Shown one piece after another: positions 11,540 to 24,140 of a stretch of 64,000 nt of DNA; the stretch's first letter is position 1, and each line of letters begins with the position of its first letter. The position numbers and the translations under genes were made by a program. The notes beneath the pieces were generated by a model. The model was given only the letters and a program-made list of their open reading frames with translations. It was not told the origin of the DNA and did not search any database. The stretch is from Felis catus. Lineage: Eukaryota. Where the stretch lies: positions 71,054,001 to 71,118,000 of the forward strand of contig NC_058368.1 in assembly GCF_018350175.1 (NCBI RefSeq), in the 5' to 3' direction.

Positions 11540-12960
11540 TGCATATTAATACCGGCGAAGGGCACCGAACCGGTCTGTCACCGCAGAGTTTACGCCCCAG
11601 GCTCCGGGACACTGTCCTCCCAGCCCAGAGACCCTCCCCCCGCGAGGTTTCCACATTGCAATTTAGGGGGAGAGTGGAGGAAAGTAATTAACAGAGCGCA
11701 ACATTTCAATGTTAAAACTTCCATCTTCCTTTCCGCGCTTTATTTTAAATCGGGATAAGGGGTGGGGGGCGGGGGGAGGCGCTAACAGCACACAAAATGG
11801 GAAATAAATTACATTAAAATACCTTAACTTAGTACCTGAAATCTTGCGCGGTGGTACCGGGCAGCTTTTTGCTGCCCTGTGACGGGGGATGGTGGCTGTT
11901 GTGGGTGGTAGTTTGTTTACATTCCAGCAATTATGCGGTAGCATATTTCCTTCCGAATCGATAAGAATTGCTAAACGACAAAAAGAAAGTGGTGTGTACG
12001 AAAGGAACCGAAATCGTCGTTGGCGCCTTTTGTGGTCATTTGCTGCCGATCGGACCCCGTTCCAGCTAAGCAGACTGAAGCCTGCTGCATTTTTTTTATT
12101 CTAAAAATTTTTTTTCTTTTTTTACAAGTCTTGCAAAAGACCAGGGATTTGTCGCTCGCGCCCTTCTTTAATTTTTGTAAGTGAACGGCACGGTTTTAGT
12201 GTTTGCTTCTTCCGATGGGAAAGGCTCGGCGAGCCCGGGCAGCGCGCCCCGTCGGAAGGACTTGCGCCGGCAGGGCCGGGACACGCAGAGTCCGCGTCCC
12301 CCGCCGCCCGCGCTTCCCGAGGACGGAGGTCGGCGGGCGGCGCGCGAGGGCACCTGGACGCGGACACTGGCGGCCCCGGAGGCCCCTCGCGCGCCCTCGG
12401 GAGGCGCGCCGTCCCTTCCCCGCGGGGCGCAGCCTGGGCCAGGGGAGCCCAGTGGGCCGGGGCTGCGGGCCCCGCTCGTCCGCCCGCCCGCCGCGGGCTG
12501 CCCGGAGCCCGCGAGCCTGTCGCGCAGCCCCGCTGTAATGGTGGCAGATCAAAGGCTGCCCCGTGTCCCCGCGGAGCCCGGGACAATCCCGCGCCTTTGT
12601 GCGCTGTTGCTAGGAGCCGGAGAAACTAAGGGAAAGTGTCAGGAGCATGTTAATCAGACTCGTTACAGTGTAACAATAACGTCTCTCTCGGGTCTCCCAG
12701 GCCCCCAGCACCCCTGGCGCACCCCGCACGCAGGCCGGACACCTGCGCGGGGCCCTCGCGCCTGCCCTGGGGACCGGCCGGCCCCTGTGTCCCTCCAGCC
12801 CCGAAGTCCGCGGCTGAGCCGGGCGCGAGGACTAGTCCTAGGGGTCCTGCAAGCGCCTGGCACGTCTCCTGGGCCCGGATCCCCCTTGACCAGAGCCCCT
12901 CGCCCTTAGTCTGTCAGGCTCAAATGCGATCCAAGGCCAGAGGGACCTGCGGAGAAATCG
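11540..12960. promoter_or_regulatory. Orphan CpG island downstream of CLYBL
   Basis: Very high GC and CpG density (core 12200-12900), no repeats, no credible coding exon. Confidence 0.88.
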
Positions 12961-15029
12961 GGTCCTCCTGCTTTTCAGTCATTGAGTCGAATTTCCCAGG
13001 TTTGATTCAAACACGGTATAGAATCAAAAGGAAAATGAGCATTACATTTAGGTTGCTTTTTGGTTGAATTTCTTCAAAAGACTCTAAAACCAACTTTGCT
13101 GATTTCCCTCTCAAACCCATAGAGGGTACTGTAAGCGATAATCCCAAATTTAACAAAACAAAACAAAAAAAAAAAACCTTTCCTGAAAGTACAGATTTCT
13201 CTGAACTTTTTTGAGAGAATCACTTCATTCGTTTATTCATTCAACAAACATCTGTTGAGCCTGACTGGGTGCCAAACAGCCAGCTAGTGTATGAAAGTCC
13301 TAGGACTGGTTCCGGATGCACTTTTCTTTCAAAATTAAAACGCTCTTGTGTGAAGTCAAAGGAAGAGCAAAGGCGTAAAAGAATGTCAAATGCCAAAACA
13401 GAAAGTGCCATTGACTACAGTAGTGATAGAAACAGAGGTGCGGATTAAGAATTTAAAACATCTGAAAAACTACACACCCTATGCTTGCAAAACCAGCCAC
13501 TTTTTTCACCTGTTCCATCTCCTCCCCCTCTTTCAGTTTTTAGGAGCTCAGCCAGGCTGCGGTCCCGAAGCCTGGAGTCCTGCCTAACGTCTGAGGAGTG
13601 AAGTCACTTTGTAAACAGCCTGTCAGACTTGCTGAGGGAACACTCAATCTTGTCCCATTCTCCCCTTGCTGTCCGTGCCCAGGGAATTGGGAGGCTATGC
13701 TCAGGCTTAGGACAGAATCTGGCCAACTGGAGGTGCCTTCCTCTGGTATCTGCTCTTGTGCAGGAACCAAGGAAGTTCCCTTGGTTTAACTGCTGAACCC
13801 TAAGTCAAAGACAAAGCTTTCTATTTATCAGAAAGGGTAGAAAACTCACTCTCAAATCACCTGTGCCTATTGACCGAGGGGGAATCCTGTAACTATGTTA
13901 GACTTCTCCATTGGTCAAAATCAATTTCTCACACTGTGTGTGTAACATGTAAGCATATAGAAAACTGGTCCCAGAGATTAGTCTAAGCCCTGGAAGGAAA
14001 TTTCAAGATTCCCTTCATTACATATTATAAGAGAGTTGATATACTGAAAACTCCATCTTGTGAAAAACAAGGGAGACCAAACATCAACTATATTGTGATG
14101 TTAAAATATCTAGCTAAAGGGGGAGAAATTCAGTGACAAGAAACTGGATTTTTTGGACTACATAATGCCACATAACTGGTTTGGCTGGGTTCTGTTTTGT
14201 TTTTAAACAATGAATAAATTGCCTTAGTTATTCAGACACAATGAAAGCATCAAGAGAAAAATGAACGTTCCATTTCAGATAGTTTTGTGGTGGAGAGTTT
14301 CTTCAGAAGACTATATACTCTAGGCATCTGGCTTAATTTTTTTTTTGTTGTTTTTGTTTGTTTGTTTGTTTTGTTTTTGTTAATGGGCTCTCTTGAGTTC
14401 CGTGGAAGGAAGAACATAAAAACCGACATGAATTTCTGGCTTAGATTCTCTGGAAAAACTGTGTTAATAACCTGAATTCCCAGATGCGGAGAAGAGCACA
14501 TCCATTGCCTCAAGCGGATTTCTCGGGACTGGAATTCATGCAGCAACTTCCGGGGAGCTCTAGGATGCTTCTCCGGGTCTAGCTTGAGGGAGCTCCTGCC
14601 ACCAGGAGCCCCACGGGCACTTCAACACCAGTGACACATCACGTGTGTCCAGGGGCCCTGGCCATGTGCGGCAGGATACCACTGGCTGCAGCTCCTGACT
14701 TTGCAAAGTCTTTGCCTAAGCTGCAACCCCTCCCACTCCCCCACACCCACCCAACTCCTCACCATTCTTCAAGACACACCCGGAAGGTCTGTGAACTCTC
14801 CCCAACTCCCCACACATAACTTGCTGACGTGTCCCCCACGCTGAGTCCTTCCAATGCATTGCATCAGATTTCTGCTGTAGTACTTATGCATGTGTGTCCC
14901 CCAGAGTGTGGATGCCCTGAATACTGGACATTCCATGCATCTCCACATCCCTCTCCTGCTCATCTGTCACCCCCAGCAAGAGTTCGATAAAAGTGTGTTT
15001 ATTCGGATTATGGACTGTTTCCTCCCTCC

Positions 15030-15180
15030 AATGTTTAGGTTCAAATCCTGCCTTTCCGATCACCAGGCTGTATTACATTCAGACAAGTCATTTATTCTCT
15101 CTGAGCCATCAGTTTCTTCGACTATAATAATAGCAGCTAACTCAAAGAGCTGCTATGAGGAGGCTGTGAGCATAGAAATG
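15030..15180 (+). mobile_element. MIR fragment
   Basis: ggttcaaatcctgcc...caagtcatttattctctctgagccatcagtttc. Confidence 0.6.
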
Positions 15181-15889
15181 CACCACCAAAGTCCCCCTTC
15201 CAGCGTCACTCATTCGGTGGGCCAGGGCTGGGGGGTCAGCAGACAGCCTCCAGCTGCCAGCTCCTCCTTCAACATCTGCCTCAGCTGCAGACTGCTGCCT
15301 TGCCCATGGTCTCAACCTTCTCAAGGCAGCCTGCATCCGGTGAATTTTATGTTGTGTATATATTAGCATGACTAAATAATCTTTAAAAATGAATGAATGT
15401 CAAGTAAATAAAAAAACAAACAAACATAGTACTTTTTAAAAAGCTCTAAAAAATAAAAATAAAAAATAAAAAATCTCTAGCATCATGCTTGATGCAAAGC
15501 AGGCGTTCAGGAAAGGTCAAATACTCTCCATCCCAGTGCTGAAACTGCGCTGTAGTCCAGGATGGAAGTCCCCCTGCAGCAAAACTGGCTGGAAAGTGAA
15601 TTTCTATTAAGTGAATGCCGTTTTCTCAATTACATGTGTTGGTAGGTGAAGGATAGGTCCTCCCAGGAGAACCTACTGGTGGGACCAATCCCTGGACATT
15701 TCTGGGTATGGCGGCAACTCCAATAGCCACGTGCATTCCAGGGGAGCTTTGTGGCTGTTGTTGTTGTTCAGAATCTGCTAGTCCCATTCCTGAACTATGG
15801 AAATCTCTCACGACAGCGCTGTTCTGACTACAAATTCACGTTCTCATTCTGTCCAACCAACCTAATTTTGTAGAGGACCCTGAAGCTTG

Positions 15890-16000
15890 CTCAGGGGAGG
15901 ATTATGCAGTACCGATTCCTGGCTGAAGAGGGCTCCATTCACATAGAAAAACTACAGTGTGAGTGTGCCTCTTGGAGTTGGGCAAATAATTGGCCCTTTT
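15890..16000. mobile_element. MER91-like hAT MITE inside a MIR
   Basis: ccattcacatagaaaaactacagtgtgagtgtgcctcttggagttg resembles recalled MER91A core. Confidence 0.5.
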
Positions 16001-16423
16001 AGTGGACTTGCTCAAGGTCACACAGCTGGCAAAACTAGGACTACAACTAATGTCTCGAAATTAAACCACTAAACCACATGGCTGCACACCCAAGAAGTCC
16101 TCAGATTTCTGCTTTTACATTAAATTCCCCATTAAGGAAGCTGCAAGTTTTCTGAAACAATGAGGAAATAGCTGAAACCTCTTTTTCAATAACTGCCTCC
16201 TTCAGACGCAATGCCTGACCTGGCAAAGATCTTTGAACTCATCACAACTGGAACAGCTGGTCATCAAATGCAGTCAGGAAGCTCCACCACCAGGCAAACA
16301 CTAGCTCGAAGTGGGCCTTCCTGGCTCATCTCCTAGACCGAATATTTGCATCACTGCCCACTGAGGACTGACTGGTCTAAGTGGCTGGAGAATGTCTGGA
16401 GTGGTGTAAAGAAAGGAGTCCCA

Positions 16424-16656
16424 GGGGCGCCTGGGTGGCTCAGTCGGTTGGGCGACTGACTTCGAATCAGGTCATGATCTCACAGTCCATGAGTTCGAGC
16501 CCCGCATCGGGCTCTGTGCTGACAGCTCAGAGCCTGGAGCCTGTTTCAGATTCTGTGTCTCCCTCTCTCTCTGACCTTCCCCCATTCATGCTTAGTCTCT
16601 CTCTGTCTCTAAAATGAATAAACGTTAAAAAATTAAAAAAAAAAAAAAAAGAAAAG
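16424..16656 (+). mobile_element. Felid Can-SINE (SINEC_Fc-type)
   Basis: Full length; perfect 16-bp TSD aaagaaaggagtccca. Confidence 0.95.
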
Positions 16657-18746
16657 AAAGAAAGGAGTCCCAGTGGAGGGATGAAGGAGCAGGGTGTAGA
16701 CCTCAAGACTCACCAAGCTGTGTTAGCCTGGGTCCTCCCTTGGCTCTGGCCTCACTGCTTTGGCCCCTCCTCCATGGCCTTCATTCTGTCTCATCTTTCC
16801 TATCTAGTCTTTGTGTCCACTGTGGTTCTGCTTCCACTTCCCTCTTCCTTAGTTTTACCTTCCTTCCCCCGCTGGCAATTCCAAAAGCAAAATCAAGAAA
16901 ATGAGGTAAAAAAAAAATTTTTTTTTTTCTAATTCTGTGTCCATATTTTGGAAGTAAATCTGGCGTCGTAAGTTGTGAGCTGCTTGCATGATGCTCCATA
17001 GTCCTTCATTTACTGTGAACTTGGCACAGGAAGTTTATTAGCCCATTTTACTGCAGAGAGCCCAAGTGCAGAGGACAGCTAATATTGTACTTTGGGAATC
17101 AAAGTAGAAATGCCAGTGAGGCTGCTAATTATTCAGTAAATTAAATATTGCTGCCAAAACTGCTATTCCTGATTTCCTGCATTTGATCGTGCTGTCTTAC
17201 TGCAAAGGCAACATTCAGATTCTGTTTAAACGACAAAGATGAGGGTCCTGCAAATTGGTTACTGGTTCCTTATGTTTTAGTAGAAATTATGTGAGTGTGC
17301 GGCCTGAAATTCATGATACTTACAAGTAACGAAGTCCAAGGGTATAAAATTTGATTTCCATCCTGTTTTTAATCTTATTCCTTTGGTGGTGGAGGGGTGA
17401 AGGGGACATTATCGGAAAGGTAGCAATAAGTGATTATGATTATTTATAAAAACAGATATTTGCAAATTATGGTAAACATTCCATTTTAGATAACTAAGGA
17501 TGTGACCCCCCCCCCCACCGAAATCATTTTTTACAACTCTGCTTTGTAAAAACCTTCTTAAAAAACAATTAGTCTTTGTGTTTGCCTAAGGAATTTTAAA
17601 TTGTGAGATATATTTATGAGAATATTTAAGGTAAATATTTCCAAAATAAGAAGCAAATGAAGGGACCATGAATTTGTACACACTGCCTCTGAAAATGAGC
17701 ACATTTTTAAAATGGTTTGTTCAAACGGGGCCATTGGCCTTTTTCCTTCCTTCTCAAAGAGCATATGTGTTAGATTAGTACTCAGAAAAGAGTGTGTTTT
17801 CATAACCTCCGGTGCTGCATTTATAAAAATCATGATGATTTTAGAACTGCACCTTCATTTTTTGAATTTTCAAAAACTTGTCCCTTTTTACTCTTTTATT
17901 TTCTTTCAACAAAACAAAGACCGAAGAACCCTTTAAGAAATTTTATACATTCCCACAGAGTCCCAGTTTGTTGACCTTCAGGCCACAGAGTAAAACCTTT
18001 CTTTTAAGTCAAGCATTCCCCATTGGGAAGCGCTCCAGCTTTTTCTTTTTATGAGGAATTTTAACTGCTGGACTTAATTTAATTATTGTATTTTGTACAT
18101 ACTCCCAGAAGCCCCAGGGCATGAGCTTTACTTTTTTCAAAACTTTCAAATGAATCTTTAGAAATGCACATCTCTGATGGTAATGTTACTTCTTTCACTT
18201 GTATTTCTAATCTAAATACCAAACTTGGATCTGTTTCTTGACTTATTCATGGAGAGGTTTCAGCTTGGCATTTCTTTGCCACAGATACACTTGTGAGATG
18301 ACAAGCAAGGATGTGGTTATTTGAGCCCTTAGTGTGGGTGCCTAGGTTTTATAACAACAAAATAAAAACCATCTCCAGTTGAATTATGTTTTAAAACATA
18401 AGTATGTTTTTAAAATCTGATGGCTCTGGAAACATAGTCTCCAATAAGGACAGTTCCTACGTGGATATTGCCTTGACATCAGTAGCATGCTGGCCCCGTG
18501 GCTGCGGTCTGCCCCCATCTGCCTTTTAGTGTCTACGAGATCTCCCCCAACATCAGCTGCTCCTCCCTGATCCCAGCAGAGGTTCATGTGCGAACACACA
18601 CTCATGCACAGGGACTTGTCAACTCAAGCTAACAGCAAAGATTCAATATCTTCATTTCTTCTCTACTTTATCCATAAACATTTCATTGGATCCCCCTTGA
18701 TTTCCAAACCAAAAACTTCAACCACATCTTGACTCTCAAAGGTGGG

Positions 18747-18748
18747 AA

Positions 18749-18804
<56 letters not shown>

Positions 18805-18808
18805 CATA
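18747..18808. repeat. Poly(A)-(TA)n microsatellite
   Basis: Direct reading. Confidence 0.92.
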
Positions 18809-18978
18809 TTTTGTAATTGCCTGAAAACTCATTTACGACTGTGTAAGTGTAGGACAAACATAAATTTTCCAGATTCATAAGATATGCCCAAAATACCTCA
18901 TGGGGTTGGGGTTGGGTCAGTTATGAAGTAAGTTTCATTGTACGAATACTGAGATCTTTGAATTTGGAAAGATGTTTT

Positions 18979-19193
18979 GTTTTTATTTTTAAATGTTTAT
19001 TTTTGAGAGAGAGGGAGAGAGAACGAGTAGGGGAGGGGCAGAGAGCGAGGGAGACAGGATCTGAAGTGGGCTCTATGCTGACAGGAGAAAGCCCGACGTG
19101 GGGCTCAAACTCACAAACCGTGAGATCATGACCTCAGCAGAAGTCAGACAGACGCTTAACTGACTGAGACACCCAGGTGCCCCTGGGTGCCCC
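18979..19193 (-). mobile_element. Can-SINE
   Basis: TSD tggaaagatgtttt; head end shows a 10-bp tandem duplication ggtgcccctg. Confidence 0.92.
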
Positions 19194-19327
19194 TGGAAAG
19201 ATGTTTTTTAAGCAGAATTCTCTGTGAAGTGAATCTGATTTTCTTATTGACTTTGATTGAAAATTTAAAATTATAGAAATCACAGCCTTTAGGTGCCAGA
19301 GAAGGACTTGAGAGATCCTCTAGGCCA

Positions 19328-19425
19328 ATTGTTCTCAGCCTGGCTGCACATTAGAATTACCTGGTAGGTTTTTAATAAATACCTATGTCTGGCCCCCACC
19401 GAGACTCATTAAATCAGACTGTAGT
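19328..19425. mobile_element. MER5A-like fragment within a MIR-like element
   Basis: gttctcagcctggctgcacattagaattacctgg...ggcccccacc. Confidence 0.55.
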
Positions 19426-19827
19426 CTGACCTGTCATTTTGCAGATTAAAAAGAAAAATAGCCAAGCAAAACCCTGAAAGATTAACTGTGGCTTTTACAT
19501 TAAGGGTCTAAGTCTAATTATGCCGTAACATAGTTTGGGAACTCCTAGCCAGGCTAAACTTCAGAAGCAAATTTACTTATAAGTAAATAACAAGTAAGTT
19601 TCCATAATTCTGTTTGGGGCCACATTAATTATAAAATAGTTGACTGATTCCTCCCATGTGACATACTTTCTAACATTATACACATTCACATCCCTGGCTG
19701 ATTCACAGGAGAGGTTGGTATAATCATAGTCTTAAAATGTCTTACACTTAATTTTTAAAATAAGGTACATTTACGTGGATGGCTGCCCTCCTGTACATTT
19801 TACTTAAAAGTTTGTCCTCTTCATACA

Positions 19828-20248
19828 GGGGTGCCTGGCTGGCTGGCTCAGTTTGGTTAGGTGTAAATCTCTTGATTTCAGCCTGGGCATTATCCCAGGA
19901 TTTGTGGGATCGAGCCCCGAGTGGGGCTTTCCCTTGACACCACAGACCCTGCTTGGGAGTCTCTCTCTCTACCCCTCCCCGGCTTGCACAAGTGTGTTCA
20001 CTCTCTCTCTCAAAATAAATAAATAAACATTTAAAAAAAAGTTTGAGGGGTGCGTAGGTGGCTTAGTCGGTTAAGCATCTGACTCTTGGTTTGGGCTCAG
20101 GTCATGATCTCACAGTTTGTGAATTCAAGCCTCTGTGCTGACCGTGAGGAGCCTGCTTGGGATTCTGCTCACTCTCTCTCTGACCCTCCCCCTGCTCTCA
20201 TTCACTCTTTCAAATAAAAATAAACTTTAAATAAATAAATAATTTTTT
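19828..20248 (+). mobile_element. Two tandem Can-SINEs (19828-20040, 20047-20248)
   Basis: Two heads and tails; aaaagtttg recurs before, between and after. Confidence 0.9.
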
Positions 20249-21559
20249 AAAAGTTTGACTTCACCATTGGCAGCGTCATACTTCATGACTAATATTCTGC
20301 AATTTTTTTTTGACATTTAAAACTTACAGGCAAAAAGCAGTATTTGTCTGTGTCATCTGAAGACCTCAAACACCTAAATTTTACATTGTGCAGTTTTTAT
20401 AGAAATGGGGTCAGGGATGTCAAGTAATAGCTCATCTGAGTGAGTCCCACAGCCCCCCTGGAAAGGCAGGAGTGAGCTTAGCTGTCACCCCTGATACCCC
20501 AAGAGAGCAGAAGAGACCATGCTGAGCAAGGGCTCCTTACAGGGAGAAGCCTCAGCTGGCCGGAGGGCTCCACAGGCCTGTGAGCCATCTTTGTAAACAC
20601 TTGTCCTCACCCAGCCTCCCCCAGGAACATCACCTCCCTCACCTTCCTCACTTCCCTAACCTGCCTCTTTTCCCACTTTTCCCGTGAGGGATGGCATCAG
20701 GATTGGCAAGCTCACAGGTCACAAAGGGAAGAAGTCCTGGTCCTCTTCACAGGCAAGGACCTCCTGGGACAGATCCAAGAGGCTTTGATCTCAGTTCTTT
20801 GCCTTGGGCTAAAAGACCTCTGGTTGGCCACTCCTCTAGGATCCTAATAAGGCCAGGACCTGGGATCACAGATGCAAACCTTTTTTTTTTTTTTTTTTTT
20901 TTAACCAAAGGGAGTGCTGACAGTGATTCAGGCTATAGAGTCGCTAGAGAGGGTAGGTTTGCGTATGGTAGACAGAAATAGAACAGTTCATTGATTCACT
21001 CCTCCAGCAGGCATTTATTGAGCTTCTATTACGTGCCTGTGGTGATGTCACTGTGTTCATGAAGGCTAAGAGGGTAATCCTAGAGTTGGCCCTAAGTCCT
21101 CTGTGGTCCGGGAGTTCTGTCAGGAGTGAAAGCAGGGTGGGCAGTTGAGACCTTTCTTATTCTGGTTCCTTCCACCCCCATTCTGTTCTAATTACTCTTT
21201 ATTATCCCTTATAACAAACCCACAGATGAAGCAAGAACCTAGCTCCAGATCTGAGACAAAAAAAAAAAAAAAAAAAGAAAAGAAAAAGAAAATAGGAAGA
21301 GACAGGAAGAAACTTACAAATACCTTACAAATACAGGTAAATTCTCACACAGCCGAGAAAACGAATGTTAAAAAAAAGTTTAAAAATTTTTCATGGCAAG
21401 GAAGAACTGCTGAAAACAATATGTTTTTGCCTATCAGTCAATCAATCATTTTCTGTTCAGGTAACCTCCGGGGCCAGCACCCCCATGGCCAGTGTCTGTG
21501 TGACCAGATGCAGTCCTCTTGGAAAATATTGGGCAGCATGTCCCAACAAACTTATCGTC

Positions 21560-22160
21560 ACTTTCTTGCAGCCTTTTAATCTAGATCTGGGAATTTATCC
21601 TCAGGAAATTTTGTGATCCTAAATGTAGAAAAAGCCTCATTCACAAAGACTACTTAATTCGTGGTGGTATTATTTAGATTATTGAGGTGTGCTTAAGTAA
21701 ATGATGGGACATTTATTTGATGGAATCTTAGGCAGCCCCAAAAGCTGGTGTTTCTAAGGAAAATAAGAAAGTGCTTTTAATATAAAGTTAAGTTCAAAAA
21801 CAGATACCAAGCTTCATATGCAGAGCCTGGAAATGGATGGCATGGTTCTACTGCTTATTATCTACTGCTGGTACTCACCTCCCTATGCCTCAGTTTTAAT
21901 TCCTGTGAAATGGGAGTAAAAATAGTAGCTACCTCATAATTTGACAGGAAGCTTAAATGAGATAAGACATACAAAGAACAGTACCCAACACAGAGTAAGC
22001 CCTCAACAGATGTTAGCTGCTATTACTATTACAGTGTGATTCCAACTATATTAAAAAGCAATCAGAAGTAAGTACAGCAAAATGTTAGCAATTACTGTGC
22101 TTAAATGATGAGATTCTTCGTTTTACATTTTTATATTTTCAAATTTTTCATTAAATACAT
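21560..22160 (+). mobile_element. Old L1ME-like fragment with MIR insertion (~21835-22030)
   Basis: ctgggaatttatcctcaggaaat L1 motif; MIR core gcctcagttttaattcctgtgaaatggg. Confidence 0.55.
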
Positions 22161-22170
22161 ATCAAATTTT

Positions 22171-22431
22171 GGGGGAACCTGGCTGCCTCAGTCAGTGGAG
22201 CATGCAACTCTTGATCTCGGGGTTGTGAGTTCGGGCCCCACATCAGGTGGAGAGATTACTTAAAAATAAAATCTTACGGGCACTTGGGTGGCTCCGTCGG
22301 TAAAGCATCCGACTCTTGATTTTGGGCTGGGTCATGATATCACGGTTCATGAGATCGAGTCTCGCTGTCAGAGCAGAGCCTGCTTGGGATTTTCTCTCCC
22401 TCTTTCTCTGTTCCTCCCCTACTCACGCGTG

Positions 22432-22464
<33 letters not shown>

Positions 22465-22531
22465 ATGCACACGCACGGACTGGCTCTCATAAATAAAACA
22501 TTAAAAAGTATGTGAAATAAAATCTTAAAAA
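22171..22531 (+). mobile_element. Short Can-SINE with a second Can-SINE (22277-22514) in its tail
   Basis: Inner TSD aaataaaatctta; outer TSD taaatacatatc. Confidence 0.88.
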
Positions 22532-23899
22532 TAAATACATATCGATTTTTTAAAAACTAAGTTTGGAGCTAATTACAAATAAGTCTATTGAAACACTGCT
22601 TTCGACCATTATATGGTCACACCCAGAAGACCCTGAAAAGAGAGGCCCCAGCAAGTAGTTTCCATATCATCTGAAACATCCTGCTGCCAAGACTGGCATG
22701 GGCTTCCAGGGGGACAGTGGGCTCAGCTGTATTCGGGAGTGGAAAGCACCCAGGATTTGCAAGAAATCTGGCCCCCACTCCCTGTGGGTTCTTGGGAAGA
22801 CCCTTTTCCTTCTCTATAAGGAAGGATCTCTGATGCACTTAATAGCCTCAGAGAATGGGAAAAGCAGTTTGAGGGAATTTTTGAGATACTGCCTTGGGGG
22901 TAGAAGAAGGGACTCTGGAAACTGTAACGGTCCACGCCAGCTCTCCTTCCAGGGTGGAGCCCAACTGCACTGTTTCCACACCTTGACCTGGTGTGAAGGG
23001 CGGTTTAGGTGGCTCCCTGACCATTTGTGGAATCATTCCTGCTTCCAGGCAGCACGCTACAGGCCGGCCTTCAAAGAAATACCAGAAGCCAAGTATCCTG
23101 TCTGTCATCACTTAATAATGCTTGAAGCTTTTCCTATAACAAAAGGGGCAGAAACAACCCTACCTCGCATCGTGGGAGCCCGATAATTCTTCCACCAGCT
23201 CTACCTACACCAGAAGAGCTTTCTCTTAACTGTAAGTATTAGATCTGACTAATCGGGACGACCACTGCCTTTGGTAAGTAAAATCGGAATAAAGTGACTG
23301 TTTGCAACTTTACTTGGTCACACACGACAATAAGGAGGGACTCGATAGGTTGCAATGATATGTAACTTCCTGTTGTTTTTGGTAAAATAGACAAATGTTC
23401 CCATTTCAAGAAAGTCAACATCATTTTTGTACACATTCTCTTGCGAGGTAGGAATCAAACCACAGAGACAGAAGGGCTGTCTACTTGTTCGTTCCTGGCA
23501 TCCAGCATGGTGCTTGCCCTTAATACATTTTTGTTGAGTGAATCAATGAATCAGTTAATGAAGTAGGAAACAAAGGAAAGATGATCTCCTCTCTATTGTG
23601 TTAGATGCTGGGGATATGAAGATATGTAACCCGGGTCCCTCCCCTGGGCAGCTCACCCTGGTGGTGGAGCCAGACCCACAAATAGAGAAAGACTCAAACA
23701 CGATGTGACTGATTCCTACAGTCATCTTACTGATTGTCCGTACTCATGTCTTAGTTCCTCCTGAAGTTCCTCCTGTTTCAGGTGCTTATGCTCAGTAACA
23801 CATAATCCCTTACTTTACAACTTCCCAATCTAGTCTGGAAAACCAGCATGAAGCACAGAAAACACGATACCACATGGAAAGCAAAACAGAAATATGTAC

Positions 23900-24140
23900 A
23901 CTGCAGAGAGGCAACACCCTGTAATTTAATCACATAGACTCTGGCATTGGACTGCTTGAATTCACAAAGCTGTGTGACCTTGGACAAGATGCTTAGCCTC
24001 TCTGGGCTTTAATCATTCCATTTGTAAAATGAGGATAATACGGAGACCTATCTTATAGACCTTTGATAAAGAATAATTGAGTTAATATCTGTAAAACACT
24101 TAGGAAAGTGCCACGCTCATACTTTGTACCATCATAAACA
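23900..24140 (+). mobile_element. MIR
   Basis: gctgtgtgaccttggacaagatgcttagcctctctggg...tgtaaaatgaggataata. Confidence 0.8.

Noticed and set aside
12122..12909. Overlapping 110-242 aa ORFs in the first CpG island
   Set aside because: Pro/Arg/Ala/Gly low-complexity products in several frames on both strands; expected from stop-codon scarcity in GC-rich DNA; no recognisable domain.
9655..14615. CTCF-like strings (gaccccggtggcagca ~9662, tggcgccttttgtggtca ~12021, gccaccaggagcccc ~14598)
   Set aside because: Each has several mismatches or wrong spacing in the core; not supportable without a PWM scan.
15437..15480. A-rich tract with AATAAA copies between aaaaagctcta and aaaaatctcta
   Set aside because: Looks like a tail-only retroposon or slippage remnant; no evidence it is a used poly(A) site.
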